From contig DF237380.1 of the NCBI GenBank assembly GCA_000708835.1, forward strand, positions 1-64,000: DNA of 64,000 bases, read 5' to 3'. The notes below the pieces were generated by a model. The model made no database searches, had not been told where the DNA came from, and saw only the letters and a list, made by a program, of their open reading frames with translations. The stretch comes from Klebsormidium nitens (Eukaryota > Plantae > Klebsormidiophyceae). The first letter of the stretch is position 1. Each line of letters opens with the position of its first letter. The translations under genes and the position numbers were made by a program. Shown here piece by piece: positions 37,301-50,000 of this stretch.

Positions 37301-38606
37301 GCTCGCAGACTCTCCCTGACTCTTCTGACCTGTCGCAAACGTACTTACTTGGGTCGCTGTCACTCGTTTCATCACCCGGACAGTTTTCGGACGGGTTTGA
37401 AAAACTTCTGAACGTCTGGAACCTTCCGACCGCTGGGATCCCAGAGCCTGCTCGCGGCCAGGGTACAGGTCCCCCAAAACCTATGATATTGTTTCTCTAT
37501 TTGAGCTGATCCGCTTGTCACGTCTAAGTCAGCTTTCTGCAGCACCAATCCGATAGGCCCTGCCGTGCGCCCCTTACCCGCCCCGGTTACGCGTGCAGGT
37601 TAACGTTAACCTGGCAGGGCTGCCAGCGCTCGTCGTCCCGTGCGGTCTAGACCAGGGTTTGCCGGTCGGTTTGCAGCTCGTGGGCCCCGCGTTTGGAGAG
37701 GTCAGTCCTCGCTTGGCTTTACTCGCTTGCATTTTAAGGTCGGGCCTCTACACTTCTCTTGCTGCTGCCCAATCGTTCTGGTCTCGCCTTGATCATCGAA
37801 ACCAAGGCACTGTCAGAAACAGCGTTAAGCGTCTTTACTATGTTCGCTGCGCAGACGACTTTGTTTTAGGGCTTATAGGTCATCCTTCAGAAGTCATTGC
37901 GATCAAAGATGGGACTACTTGTTGGCTCAAGACAAACCTACAGATGTCGTCTAGATCAGTCCAGCTTCGCTGCTGTGCAAAAGGCGGAGTCGCACGGGAG
38001 AGCTCACCACAGGCACCTAGCAGTCCTATCCAGAGACCGAGTTTGTTGGTTAACAACTCAAGCAACCAGGATCTTCAGAGAAGCAAAATCGAAGCTTTGG
38101 CTCCTTGAACGGCCAAGCTTCGTCAGGGTACTGACTGTTTGCACCAGCAAAAGGTCGTCAAATCTCGGTATGCTGCTCCAAGCTGCTCATTCTGCGCCCT
38201 GAGTACCTTCAAACCCTAAAACCCGAAAACCCTAAAACCCGAAAACCTGAAAAATCTAAAAACCGCAGTGACCTGTGTCACAGTCTCATGCGCCACAAGA
38301 GGAGCTCTATTTTCACATCCACCTTTATGTCTTTGATCCCGGGATCCCTCACCCTTCGGCAACCAGAGACAGCGCAAAGCCCCGTATTGTTTGCCAATGT
38401 AAAGGCAAACATAGTCGTTCGATGCACGAAGCTCTGAGGACTCGATCTTTCAGAAGTGCGCCTTCCGGCGCGCCGCCCTCTTTGACTCAACGGTCACACT
38501 CCTCTCCTCTTTGCAGGCCGAGTTGTTGCGCTTGGGGCACGTGTTTGAGCAGACCAACTCTACCTGGCGGAATGCCGATCTCCCAGAGCTGGTTGTAGCT
38601 CGATGA
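31310..38606 (+). CDS. gatA: Glutamyl-tRNA(Gln) amidotransferase subunit A, organelle-targeted
   Basis: Exons 31310-31798, ~32362-32686, ~33024-33191, 34146-~34325, ~34597-34691, ~35189-35340, ~36314-36407, ~36887-36936, ~37599-37700, ~38517-38606. Amidase signature [57 protein letters not shown]; also [39 protein letters not shown]-terminus resembles a transit peptide. Confidence 0.95.
33940..34640 (+). repeat. Decayed duplicates of GatA acceptor plus exon starts within upstream introns
   Basis: 33976-34065 (gcaggaagtgcctgactacaccgccaatttccgcccggccag) copies the exon starting at 34146 (gcagaaagttcccgactacaccgccaatctccgcccggccag). 34516-34560 copies 34588-34635. Confidence 0.85.
37800..38110 (+). 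pseudogene. Decayed group II intron reverse transcriptase/maturase fragment (organelle-type) inside the last GatA intron
   Basis: Translation [41 protein letters not shown] matches RT domains 5-6 of group II intron-encoded proteins (RLxYVRYADDFhhGhhG...L...L), with YADD changed to CADD. A weak domain-X-like IEALAP follows, then a stop. Confidence 0.75.
38211..38264 (+). repeat. Degenerate interstitial telomere-like repeat (AAAACCCT-type, i.e. TTTTAGGG on the minus strand)
   Basis: aaaccct aaaacccg aaaaccct aaaacccg aaaacctg aaaaatct aaaaacc: 8-bp period, about 7 units. Confidence 0.7.
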
Positions 38607-40184
38607 TGACAGAGCGCGTGAGGACATCCCAAAGAGCTCCTCAAGTCCAATTTAAAGAATCGCACCGTATGCTGGAATATAATTATCGAAGCAATACACG
38701 GATTCGCAGTAAACGTATGTGCGAATCTGGCCGGCCGATGCAAAGGGGCGAGGATGGGAGCCGTTTGCCAAACATGGCGCGAGTGAACGTCCTTTATACA
38801 AGCGTGCCAGGCCTCTGGAATGCGTTCGTTGTTGAATCTCGAGGGCCAGTAATGCAACCCGGCGGCTTGGCTGCGTAAGGGTCAAATGTCAGCTAGCATC
38901 ATTGGGCTCGGAAATCATATGTGAATACAGAAACTGGAAACGCGTTGGCACTCACTGTATGTCGGATCAATCATGTTACCTGGTGCATGATGCGTAGGTA
39001 TACAAGTAGCCACACGAGTATGTACATGTCCTGATTGAAACAGGCTGGCAGGTCGATATCTTGTCTAGCTGGCTATATAGAGGCTGCCAGGTGAATGCCG
39101 CGTCTCTAGGTATTCGTTTTCTCCGTATAGCCAAATAGGATCGACGGTCGTCACGTAGCCTTCTCATGTGGCATACATGTATGAGTACTTGATGATCGAA
39201 CGGCCATATGCATCACAGACTACACTGCACGATACTACATTCGAAAAAACACTAGTGTTTCTTGTTGTCATCTCGCTTTTTGGGCAAGCTTGGTCTACTT
39301 AATAATATACTCTAATTTTACATATATCTGCACTTTCGATGCTGGCCATCCTACAAACGTCATGTTGATTTTGTGCGTTAATTTGGCCGCTTCTTTGATG
39401 GACTCTGACGATGCGTGCTCCAGTTGACTCTATTGACCGGAGCATTGAACGTCTGCGAAGATATCATTACACAAAGGCGGACTCCCAAACTATAGATTGG
39501 AAGCTTTTCAAGCTAACTTGTGGTCGCTGATTGATCTGGTATGCAAGCTGACGGTACAGTCGAATGTTTTGTCGGACTATTTTCGGCTACAAGCATGTCG
39601 ACCAATAGACGTGTAAGCCATGCAGGTACATGCAAACCTGTGCCACCCCCGTACATGAACTCCGTTTTAGAAAGGTAGCCCTTAATCTTGAATTGCATAT
39701 TCATCTCTCAATGTAGCGCCGGCCAGAAACAATCAGCCGCCTTTTGCAGAGGACGATTTACATATGCGAATGAATGTTATCAGTTTCACATAAGTTAGTA
39801 GGTTGTTTACTCAGCGTTGTCGGACATACCCACGCTGACTAGGCCAACGAGGAACGCTATCCTAATTTAGCGGAAACTTCAGTTCATCTGGATTTCGGCG
39901 AGTTATATCATCTGGACCCAACTGCTTGGAAGTCATCAGTTCCAACCTAGACCAGTGAAAAGTTCTGTTGCGACACGCACGGATCTACGTTTGTGCAAGT
40001 TCTACTGTCTTCGTGAACAGAATCACGAGCGTTCACCAATTGCTCTGCAATGCTTTCGTAGGTTACCACCGTTCCAAGTTACGACTTTTTCCACTGCTGG
40101 GCTGCTCTAACCAAACCCTTCCAGTCACTCCCACTAGACGCCAATAAATACCGACAGTGCGTAACAGTCTGTCCGTCTCACGCC

Positions 40185-43100
40185 CTAGCGGCACAGCAGC
40201 GACCCCGTCTCCTGGCTGCACTGCGGGCTGACCGTGACGTACTCGTCGACGGCCGGTGACGTCAGCATCTTGCGCGAGGCCTTGGCGCCGTCCTCGAGGA
40301 TGTTGACATTGCGCACGGTGACGCCGGTCGCCAGGTCGAACTGGTTGAACGTGCTGTCGGCTGACGTCAGCGACGACACGCGGTAGTCGGACGTGACGCC
40401 CTCCACCAGGAACTCGTGGCCGGTCGCGTTGGTCGTGACGGCGTTCCGGCGCTCGATGGCGTCCGGGCGGAACATCTGGCCCTGCAGCGGAACGGAGCGA
40501 GGGGGGAGGTCAGTGACCTTCCAAGTTAGGAGTGGGATTGCGGGTTGACAGTCGAAGCACGAGGAGATACGTTCATCCTTACGGAATTGACGACTTGGGT
40601 TCTGTAAGGAGTCGGCGCCCCTACTGATGGTTGAGTGAAGGAACTCGAATCGAAGTACGAGATGCGCATCCAGATTTTGGAATTGAGGTGAAAGGACGAG
40701 AGCCGCACAGTACAGAGTTGAAAGGAGATTTAAGATCAAAGCTTCGTTCTACGACGTGCATACCGCCAATCTCGATCAACTCGCACAAATGCTTCGCCAG
40801 GTTTCTTCATTCAGTGCGCTTAATCGACGAAGAGGCTTTGGCGACGCTCTTCCAAAACGGACCTAAAGCTTGCTCCTGAGATTAGACTTCCAAGTCGAAG
40901 TGAAGGCAACGAACAAAAGACTCCCGAATCGACAGCAATTACCCGCGTGGCTAAACTCGAGGCGTGAAAAACGGCCACGTGGCTTACCAGGACACCGTGA
41001 GCGTGGCGGGAGATGGTGAGGTGGTCCATGTCCATGTCGAGGTACTTGCCAAGAGGGTCCAACTAGAGAGAGCGAGAGAAAGAGAAGAGCGTCAGAAAGA
41101 GCAGATGTGAAGCTTCAAGTGAAGGGATTCCACCAGAGAGCGCGAGGAAAATGAGAGAGTGTCAGACCGAGGCGTCTAGACAGCTGCCGAAATGCGTGCA
41201 GAGAAGGGTCATAGCGGATGGAGACAGATGAACGGTGGATCATCAGTGCAAATCGAAACGAGCAAGTTTCGGATCGCACTCTTTCAGAGGGACACACGTA
41301 ATAAGATTGCGAACCGAGTGCTTCTGTTCATTCGAGTCAAGTTGAAACACACAAAAATTTGGAGAGGAGGACAAAGACAATCCCCGCGCAAAGCCGCCTT
41401 AGGGAGCATAAGCGAGAAGCGAGCCAAGTCTTGGAGCCACAATAATGTCCTGGACTTTTCAAAGACTTGAAAGGCAGAGAATGGCAGAGTCGTGGAGCCA
41501 GGAACTTCTGACAAAAGTTTACAAAAAAACTGGGAGGCAGCGGCGCACCTGGATGCGGCTCTCGATGCGGGGGCTGAACGTGGCCTCAAAGTGGCCGTCG
41601 ATCTTGATGCGGGCGTGCGCGCGCATGTGGGGCTCGCGTGTGATGGTCGCCTGGCCGTCGGGGGACGTCCACGTGTACTCGGCGGTGCCCTGGACGGTTA
41701 AGGAGTGGGGTTAAGGAGCTGATGAGAAGGGTTAAGGGCACTCATTGGTGCTTTACTTGATGCTTTAAGAGCGAAATGGTATTTAACTTGCTGCGGAGCT
41801 AGGAAGGTGAAATCAGCAGGATTTGGTCCGAAAACCCACTTTTGCTGGAGTATCTACAAGACGCTACTTCTCAGAGCTTTCTTATTATTAAGACCTTTCT
41901 TGGCCCTTTGAACAAGGACTTGACAGAGTGTTTTGTGTGAAGCAGGGCAATACGAGCGGGAGTCGCAGTTCTGAGCAAGCGACAAGCTTTCAGTGTTGCA
42001 ACCGAACAGCATAGACAGGTATCTGAAGGCTCTCTCAGACACAAAGGACAGCTGATGCAACCAAAGTCACCGTGACCTGATGCAACCAAAGTCACCGTGA
42101 CCTGAAAAATTCCGAGTCGGCGCCCAAATAAGCTGCTCTTGCAGGAGACATAAGGTATAGCAGGACGTGAGCAACATCGTTTTTTTTCCTGCGGGACCGA
42201 GCTGTCACCCCAGCTCGACTCGAGTCCGTTGAGGGGGTAACAAACGGGCGAAACCTGCGTTCAGAAGCTTGCTATCCAAATTTAAAAAACACCTGACTAC
42301 CTCCAACCGACAAGCCACTTTTACCCCAGATGCAAATGCGAAGACAAAAAGAAGAAGAAGCGCATCTTACCGAGCCGACTGGAATGTCTTCCCCGTCAAA
42401 GGTGAAGAAGAAGACGTCAGCGGCCTCGAACTCCTTCTCCTGGTCGATGCCGATGCTCACAAAGTGGGTCACGCCAGCCTCGTCTTTGTAACCCATGGCC
42501 ATCTCCTGCAAAAAGAAAGGGTTAAGAAAGGGGTTAGCGCTGACACGTTGGTCTCGTATATAGTATCCATCAATGTCCCTTGGGCACACCGAAGGATAAC
42601 ATCTGCAGCGTGTAATTGTAGTGTGGAGAGAATCCAACAAAGACCCCGGCGCAATAACCCCTGATCCGTAAACAGCATGTTGGCAAGCGATATGCATACC
42701 TGCGTGACTTCTGAACAGATCCATCGAGCAGACCAGTACGGTCAAGCAAAAAACCTCCAAAGCCAAAACGCTTCTGCACAAGTCCTCTGTGAAGCGAGTG
42801 AACTGTACCCCCTCTGGAAAAGATAAGGCGAATCTCTTCAGGAGTGGATGAGTGCACTCACCTCAATCCAGGTGCCGTGCTCGACGTTCTCCGTGTTGGT
42901 GCGCTCACCGACAAACCGGGCGTTCATCTGCAGAGATTCCACAGAGTAGTCAGTCCCCTGCCCAGCTTAGACCCAGATCATGGGAACACAAGCAAAGGGA
43001 CGGGGAATAGCGGATAAGAGACAAATCGGTTGTACTTAACCGGCCCAAAGTCGAGAGAGTATCACAAAGGCAGTGGGCATTGTGAAACTGGGTACGACTG

Positions 43101-44948
43101 CAATGACAAGAATCTGGAAGCAAGGTTGGAGCAGAGTCCTGTTGGGAGACATGCCAGCTGTCATGACTTGCGCTTCTCAGCTGGGATTCTGCCAAAGCTG
43201 GGGGCTGCCATACTGGTGAAAAAGGGGCTGGGTTATGGTTCCAGTATGTGTTTGACCTACTTCAAACCGCGAATCATCAAACCGTGCTTCTCCGACTGTC
43301 TACCATGTGGGTCCATCAGGTGCCCAGTAACCCCTTTGTATCAGTTCCTTTCGATTCGACAGACTTTGCTTGACAAAGAAGCAGTGGGGATAAAGCAACT
43401 CCCTGCCTTTGGAGTCACTCCAGTTCTGAGGATTCAGACAGGCATGCGAACCATAGTCTAAAGGCAGTCCCTCATCCTGACACCAACCCTGCTATTGTGT
43501 GGAGAGTAAGCCTCTCACCTGGAAGTCGGTGTCAGAGATAATGCTGAAGATCTGGTCACGCACGCCGTGCCAGTCGAAAAAGATGCCCCCCGGTGCCGCA
43601 AAGTGAGGGTCGCCGCAGACCCCTCCGGAGTACGCCTCTGCAAAGGGAACGAAGCACATGAGCCTATATTACATGGAAATATCCTGCTTGGATCGGCATG
43701 CTTTGGTATTCTGCTCAACCCGAGTCGAAATCTGGACTTAAAGAGCTTTGAGTGTGGCAGATCGCACATAGGGCTACAATGCAATTGAGAAGGGACAAGG
43801 GAATAGAAAGCTATGGGCCATTTTCGAAACTTGCTGCTTGCTCGGCTGTATCTGTGCTTGGTTATTGCCTGTAATTGTTGGCAAGCCTGAGAACACCTAT
43901 GACTTGCCAGGTCTGGTAGGCATACGACAAGAGGCCCTCAGGTGCTCAGGTGAGTGGCAAAATTGGCAAGTGCGTTGCACGTTTGGAAGATGGAATTAGG
44001 TGCTTGATGCAAGCAGAAAGAAGGAGTCCAGTATGCAGATTAGGAAGTGTAAAGGACTTTGCACGGAGCGGGAAAAGAGGAGGAAGAGTGCACAAGAAAG
44101 GTGCAAGTACAGATTGCTGTTTCTGCCTGCCATGGGAACAAGCAGAAAAGGGACATCCTGAATCGAGGGGAAAACAACCTGCGTCTGTATTTGTTGCCCA
44201 GCGTTACAGGGTCTATGATTAGTATAAGCCTCAGCTTTCGGAAGGGCTAGCACACCACTTTCCCAAACTTAGCTCGACACAGTTCACCACTGTTCAGCGG
44301 ACCTGCCTATTTCAGAGCCTTTCAGGTTTGTTAAGGTAGCAATGCAGCCTTTTTTGAAGCTGGATGTGCTGTGTCTCAACAAGGTGGCTGATCCGCTTGG
44401 ACACTCTGAAAGACCACGCCAAGCTGGTAAGCCACGAGTCACCAAAAAGAGTTTCCAGCCCCCCTACCGCTGCACCTCTGCCACCAGTGGCTTCATGTGA
44501 GCATGAGTGCCGATCCATATTTCAGCAGAAGATGGAATAACTGAAAGTGAATCTTCAATGACCACAAACAAGACCAGAGTGAGAATACAGGCCTCAACAA
44601 CGAAGGAACTCGAAAGCTTTTCTGCTCACTGGGGTTGTCGCAGTTGCTATTGAGGAACCAGAGATCATTTTCGCACTCGAGCTTGATGCTGCCGCCAAGG
44701 TCGGTGCACTTCGGGCACGAGTCGTCTTCGGACCCGCATGTGTTCCCGCTCCCAACGCTTTTGTAGCAGCCCACGTTGATGTTGGCGCAGCTTGTTATGC
44801 CCGTCAGTGTCAGTGACCCAATGGCCCCTGTGCACTTGCGGGTGGTGACCCCGGCGCAAGGCGCGATGTATCCAATGTAGGTGGCGGTCGCCACATGGGC
44901 GGTCAGGGCAAGCACCAGGAGGAGGGCTGACAGCTGGCGGGACGCCAT
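40185..44948 (-). CDS. Secreted root-cap/LEA-related family protein (Root_cap PF06830-like), paralog 1, 7 exons
   Basis: Signal peptide MASRQLSALLLVLALTAHVATA and a Cys-rich exon (44948-44630). Then GGVCGDPHF...FFDWHG..DQIFSIISDTDFQ|MNARFVG...GTWIE|EMAMG...|GTAEYTW...|LDPLGKYLDM..TISRHAHGVL|GQMFRPD...DYRVSSLTSADSTFNQF. This matches the plant family pattern GDPRF..F.FHG..D..F..VSD....NAHF.G...TW / VHGVLGQTY...Y.TSSL.S.D. Exons join in phase. Confidence 0.8.
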
Positions 44949-46739
44949 GGGGACAGCTGGCAAGCGCAGGCGACACCTGTTGAGCTGGAAAGAGCAGACC
45001 GTGCTGTCGGCTGCCGCTTGCGTGTGGTGGCGATGAGCAAGGGAAAGGAGAGCGGTAAGTAATGAGGGAGGTGGGGGGAAATATGTTCTTTTCAACACTC
45101 AGCTTGTGCGAATGAAGTGATCGTGACAATGCATTCGAGCTTTTCAACAGGAGCGCGCCGGCTTACTCGATTGGAGCTGCACTACACCGATTGAAGGCCC
45201 ACAGTCGCCGCGATCCAGTGCAGCTACGTTACGTGCTAGTGCTGGTAGTTAGCCATGATCGACACGCCCAGAGAAAAGCGACATCTCTACCCATGCGCAG
45301 CCCCATACACATAATGCAGCCTATGGAAAGTTAGCTGGACAGGTGCTATCCGAACGTTCGCCATGGGGCTTGCAACCCTTTCTCCTCCCCCGGATCCCAC
45401 GGCCCCGGCAGGACCGGGCCAGACTGCAGCTCGGGCCGAATCGGTCTAATTTAAACTTATTTTAATTCAATCGGTCAACCACCTTGGGAAGGAAGGGGTT
45501 AGTAAGTTGGTCTCCGTGTCAGGTGGGTACGAGGCAGGTTTCAAATTCCGGGTTTAGGGGTTTGTGACCTAACTTTGCGCTTCCGCTGCTTACAAAAAAT
45601 ATATAACCAGTATTTCGATATTCTCGAGCTTTTGCAAAGGGGGCGCGGCGAGTGCCGACATTTCATCGACATCATAGTCGGAAGGCCCCAGCAAATTCTT
45701 TTTTGATTTCCGCAGCGGCCGGGATGGCGACCAACAGACTCGGGAATTGGTACCTAAGGTAGTTGATGGCTGAGCAGACTGATGATCGGTCGCCACAAAG
45801 AATCCGTACAAGTATCTACCACCGAGATTCACGGCGCGGGGCGTTCCTTGCTTGCCGCGTGCGTCCTTGTGACTCCTGCGGCGCCGGGCCTGGGCGCCAG
45901 GCAAACTTACTTTTCCCATGCACTGGAAGTTGGACGTCCCGTTTGTCCCATATACTTTAACATGACGTATGTATGATGTGACATGGCACCAATTTGTATT
46001 TCTTACTGCAAGTAATTAACGAGTGTAACTGTTTGTTTGATGCATATGTTTACAAAATGCTTACAATTGGTTAACATATGCTTTCACGCTGTTGAATGGC
46101 TGTTTATTACTCGATCGCTTTGAGCAATATGGAGAGTGCCAACTAGGGGAGTCAATATATGACACTTACTGTATTCATCATTTGTACCTTCCAATGACTG
46201 TATAAATACTGTATTAGAATTGTCACCTGCCGTCACCTCTGATGTGCTAAATGCCTCATGGCAGCGACTTGATCAATATCCCCAGCACTTGAGCGACTGG
46301 CTCGTGGGACTCAAGCTCGACACAGAATCTGTTGGTAGAGATTTATCTTTCATGCAAACCAAATTTCCAAAGCCTTTCTGTAAGCCACGCCTGACTCTAC
46401 ACAACCATTCATTCTAATAATCTGATAAACTGCAGCTGCGGAGCATCAATCTTCATTGGACGCATGCTGTAGGTTATTAAGCAGTATGTGGACAGGTTCG
46501 GCCAAGCTTGATTAGAGACAAGGGGCCGGGGGGCGAGTCGAATTCAAGTCCTCCTGATCATACTGTATCTAGGATCACTAGACCGTACGTAGCAGCTTCT
46601 CCCTGTCTATCTTGAGCGATGTAAGGATTGCCGATGTAGCTCACGCGGTATGTTCAGACTTTCTGGCAACTTTTAAACCAATGCACTAGTCATACCCTGA
46701 CAAATGAGGAGACGAAGACTCAGAGTACTGTTTGCCAAT

Positions 46740-46982
46740 GCTGGCCTGCGGGCTAGCTACATAGCCGTGTACTGCAATGTTTAGTAAAGGGACCGCCTTT
46801 GATTTGTCATGAGATAGTAATAGTGATGGGAACCGATCCTAGGCTCTACAGAGACGGAGATTCGATTCCGTTTGCCGGTACTGGCAGCGGGCTAGCTAGC
46901 CATCTGCAATGGTTAGCAAGGGGACAGCCTTTATCAGGAGATAGTAAGAGTGATGGGACCTCGATCCTAGGCTCTACAATTA
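46740..46982. repeat. ~130 bp imperfect tandem duplication downstream of paralog 2
   Basis: gagatagtaa(t/g)agtgatggga..cgatcctaggctctaca at ~46811-46850 and ~46939-46980; gcgggctagcta at ~46748 and ~46888. Confidence 0.7.
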
Positions 46983-47031
46983 GTTGTGAGTGTTTCTATT
47001 GTGTTGTGCTCTCTGTTCTGTTGCGTGCCAA

Positions 47032-50000
47032 TCAGGAGCAGACCAACGACCCCTTCTCCTGGTTGCACCGCGGGCTGACCGTGACGTACTCGTCAACCCC
47101 CGCCGAAGTCAGGATCTTGCGCGAAACCCGGGCGCCGCCCTCGATGATGTTGACGTTGCGCACAGTGACGCCAGCGGCCAGGTTGAACTGGTTGAACGTG
47201 CTGTCAGCTGACGTCAGCGAGGAGACGCGGTAGTCGGAGGTGGCGCCCTCCACCAGGAACTCGTGGCCGGTCATGTCGGCAGTGACGGCGTTCCGGCGCT
47301 CGACGGCGTCCGGGCGGAACATCTGGCCCTGCAGCGTAACGAAGCGAGCAGGGGGGTCAGCGGATTCCTGAAGGACGATACGCGTCGCAGGCGCGCTGGT
47401 GACGTTCAGATTCAAGTTACAGAAAGATCGATCCGGGCCCCTGACGAGGACTTGGGGGAGTGCAAGAGTTGAGGCGTTCAACGGACAGGGGAAAAGCGAG
47501 ATCGAGTCCTGGACTGGTCACCAAAACCTTGATGCGAGTTGGAACTTAGAAACGAGTACATCGCGAGACAGCTAATGATTTGAAAAAACCACGCAGAACA
47601 TGGCGGTGACCAAAGCTTCCCTGAGTCTAGGAAGTGCCTACAGCAAATCTCGTTTGTGAAGATGCTTCACCATCTTTCCACATTCAGGTACCAACTTAAC
47701 GCTTTGACAGAGGATGTGCGGCTCGGTTGCCTGACCTGTCCTTAAGTAGATGCTCTTCTGAGACCGCCGAATCCATTGACGCCGAAAAGGGCGCACGAAG
47801 TCTTTCAAAGGCCTCCCTGGTTCGCCACATTGATACTCGCGTCATTTGGATTCAGGGCACGGAAAGCTGGCCACGTGGCTTACCAGGACGCCGTGAGCGT
47901 GGCGGGAGATGGTCAGGCTCTCCATGTCCATGTCGAGGTACTTGCCGAGGGGGTCCAACTAGAGAGAGCGAGAAACGAAGTAAGCGTCAGTACACGGAAG
48001 ATTAGGGCGGCGACTCAAAGGCTCTCAGCTTATGTGATTGCGCGAAGATCGTGCGCAGATCGTACGACAGACGGCCGGGTTGAGAAACAAACAAACGGAA
48101 GGCAGCTAGGGCCGACAGAAAGGTGGAAGCCTGCTTTGGCAGATCGAGGAACGAACTGCGCTGTCGAGTAAGACCTCGGAGTATCCAGGTTGCCTGCGAA
48201 AGGAATCATTGTGATGGGTCAATTCGCTGAGAAGGGAATTCGTGTGAAAGGGCTTGAACACAAGATTCACAGAACTAGGAACTAGGAAGGCGACAAGCGA
48301 TCCGTACTGTGAGCGGAGTCGTGGTTCCACGAAAACTTCCATGAAAACATTTTGCGAAATTTTGCAGATTGAGAAGGGCAGATCTAGAGGCGCACCTGGA
48401 TGCGGCTCTCGACGCGGGGGTTGAACGTGGCCTCGAAGTGGCCGTCGATCTTGATGCGGGCGTGCGCGCGCATGTGCGGCTCGCGCGTGATGGTCGCCCG
48501 GCCGTCGGGGGAGGTCCACGTGTACTCGGCGGTGCCCTGCACGGTTAAGGAGAGAGTTAACGAGCCGCTGACAAGGGTTACGGAACCTTGTACGATGTTT
48601 CTTATGGTGTGCTTAAAGCAGAAGTCTTCTCGCTGATTGCTTGAACTGGACGCGATCTCGACGGAAGATCCAACGATTGCTGGTTTACGAGGACCGACTC
48701 GACCTTTGCCGGGCATGCAGTTTATAGCGGGAGCGATGTTCAGCGAATTAACAAGCTGAACAAGTCTGTCAGAAGAAAGCGTTCGAGCTTTAGAAATGGG
48801 TGCCCGAATAATGAAGCAGAAAAGGAGAGCAGTCCAGGAGGAGCGATGGCGCGAGAGTCAGAATAAGGCGGCGGAGAAAAGTGTTCGAGGCGCTGCCACA
48901 ATAAACCGAAACTGGTTCCGATGAGACACTTTTATAAAACATCGTGGTGAAGGGATCTCGGAGCATGAGCTGGCAGAAATCTCTTCATTCATCAAAAGTC
49001 TGAGCTTCAAAGTCCACCAAGCTAGAGTGACTTGAGTATCACAAGAGGAGCAGACGAGCCAGTCTTCCCGGGTCGCAAAAGACTTCGCAAGCATCTCAGG
49101 AGTTGCTGGGGATACTCTACTTGCAGCGAAAGCAACGAAGGCAACGAAAGAAGAGACGAAGCTTACCGAGCCGATTGGGATGTCCTCTCCGTCGAAGGTG
49201 AAGAAGAAGACGTCGGCGGCCTCGAACTCCTTCTCCTGGTCGATGCCGATGCTCACAAAGTGGGTCGCGCCAGACTCGTCGTTATAACCCATGGCCATCT
49301 CCTGCAAAAATTGGGGGTTAAGAAGGGGTTTATCTGCTGGCACATCCATGGCCTGCGGATTCCTGGCATACTTTGAAACATATTGTTTGCAGGGTGCCGG
49401 CAATTTGAAAGGGATGTAATGCATCTCTGATCTAGATGTCGAGCAGAACTGGTTCAGGACAGAAGCTACTTGCCAGGGAACAGTCTATTACATACAAATT
49501 AAGATGCTCTTAAACTTGCTCTCAAAGTCGCAAGCGTGAGGGGCGGGCCAGCCAGACTTGCAGATCAAAGGCCTCGGAACAGGAGTACGTGAATTTACCT
49601 CGATCCAGGTGCCATGCTCAATGTCCTCCGTGTTGGTGCGCTCACCGACAAAGCGAGCATTCAGCTGCAGAATGATAAAGCCGTTAGTCCCCGTTTCGGA
49701 GCTGGACCATCTTCCCGATCGATCGGTGATCAGTCCTGCTGGGCAAGAGCCAGCTGTCAGCTTGTCCTGACCGTTTTATACTCAGACTTTTACGGAAGCT
49801 GGGGGCTGTCAAACTGCGGGGGATTTCCTCAAAGCTCTTCACAACCTGGATGGATCTTGCTAGGATTCAGCATTGAGTCCCCGTTCATTCGAATGCACTG
49901 AAAGCTCGGCCTTACATAGATGGCTGTTTTCTAATGAGGACTCCATTTCCGAAAGAAGCAGACGCAACAGATACAACACCTCACTGCCTATTGGGGCCTG

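Noticed and set aside
37593-38108. ORF 37593-38108 as a real GatA-RT fusion protein
   Set aside because: It is exon readthrough across a canonical donor (GAG|gtcagt). The proper GatA C-terminus is encoded by the exon at ~38517.
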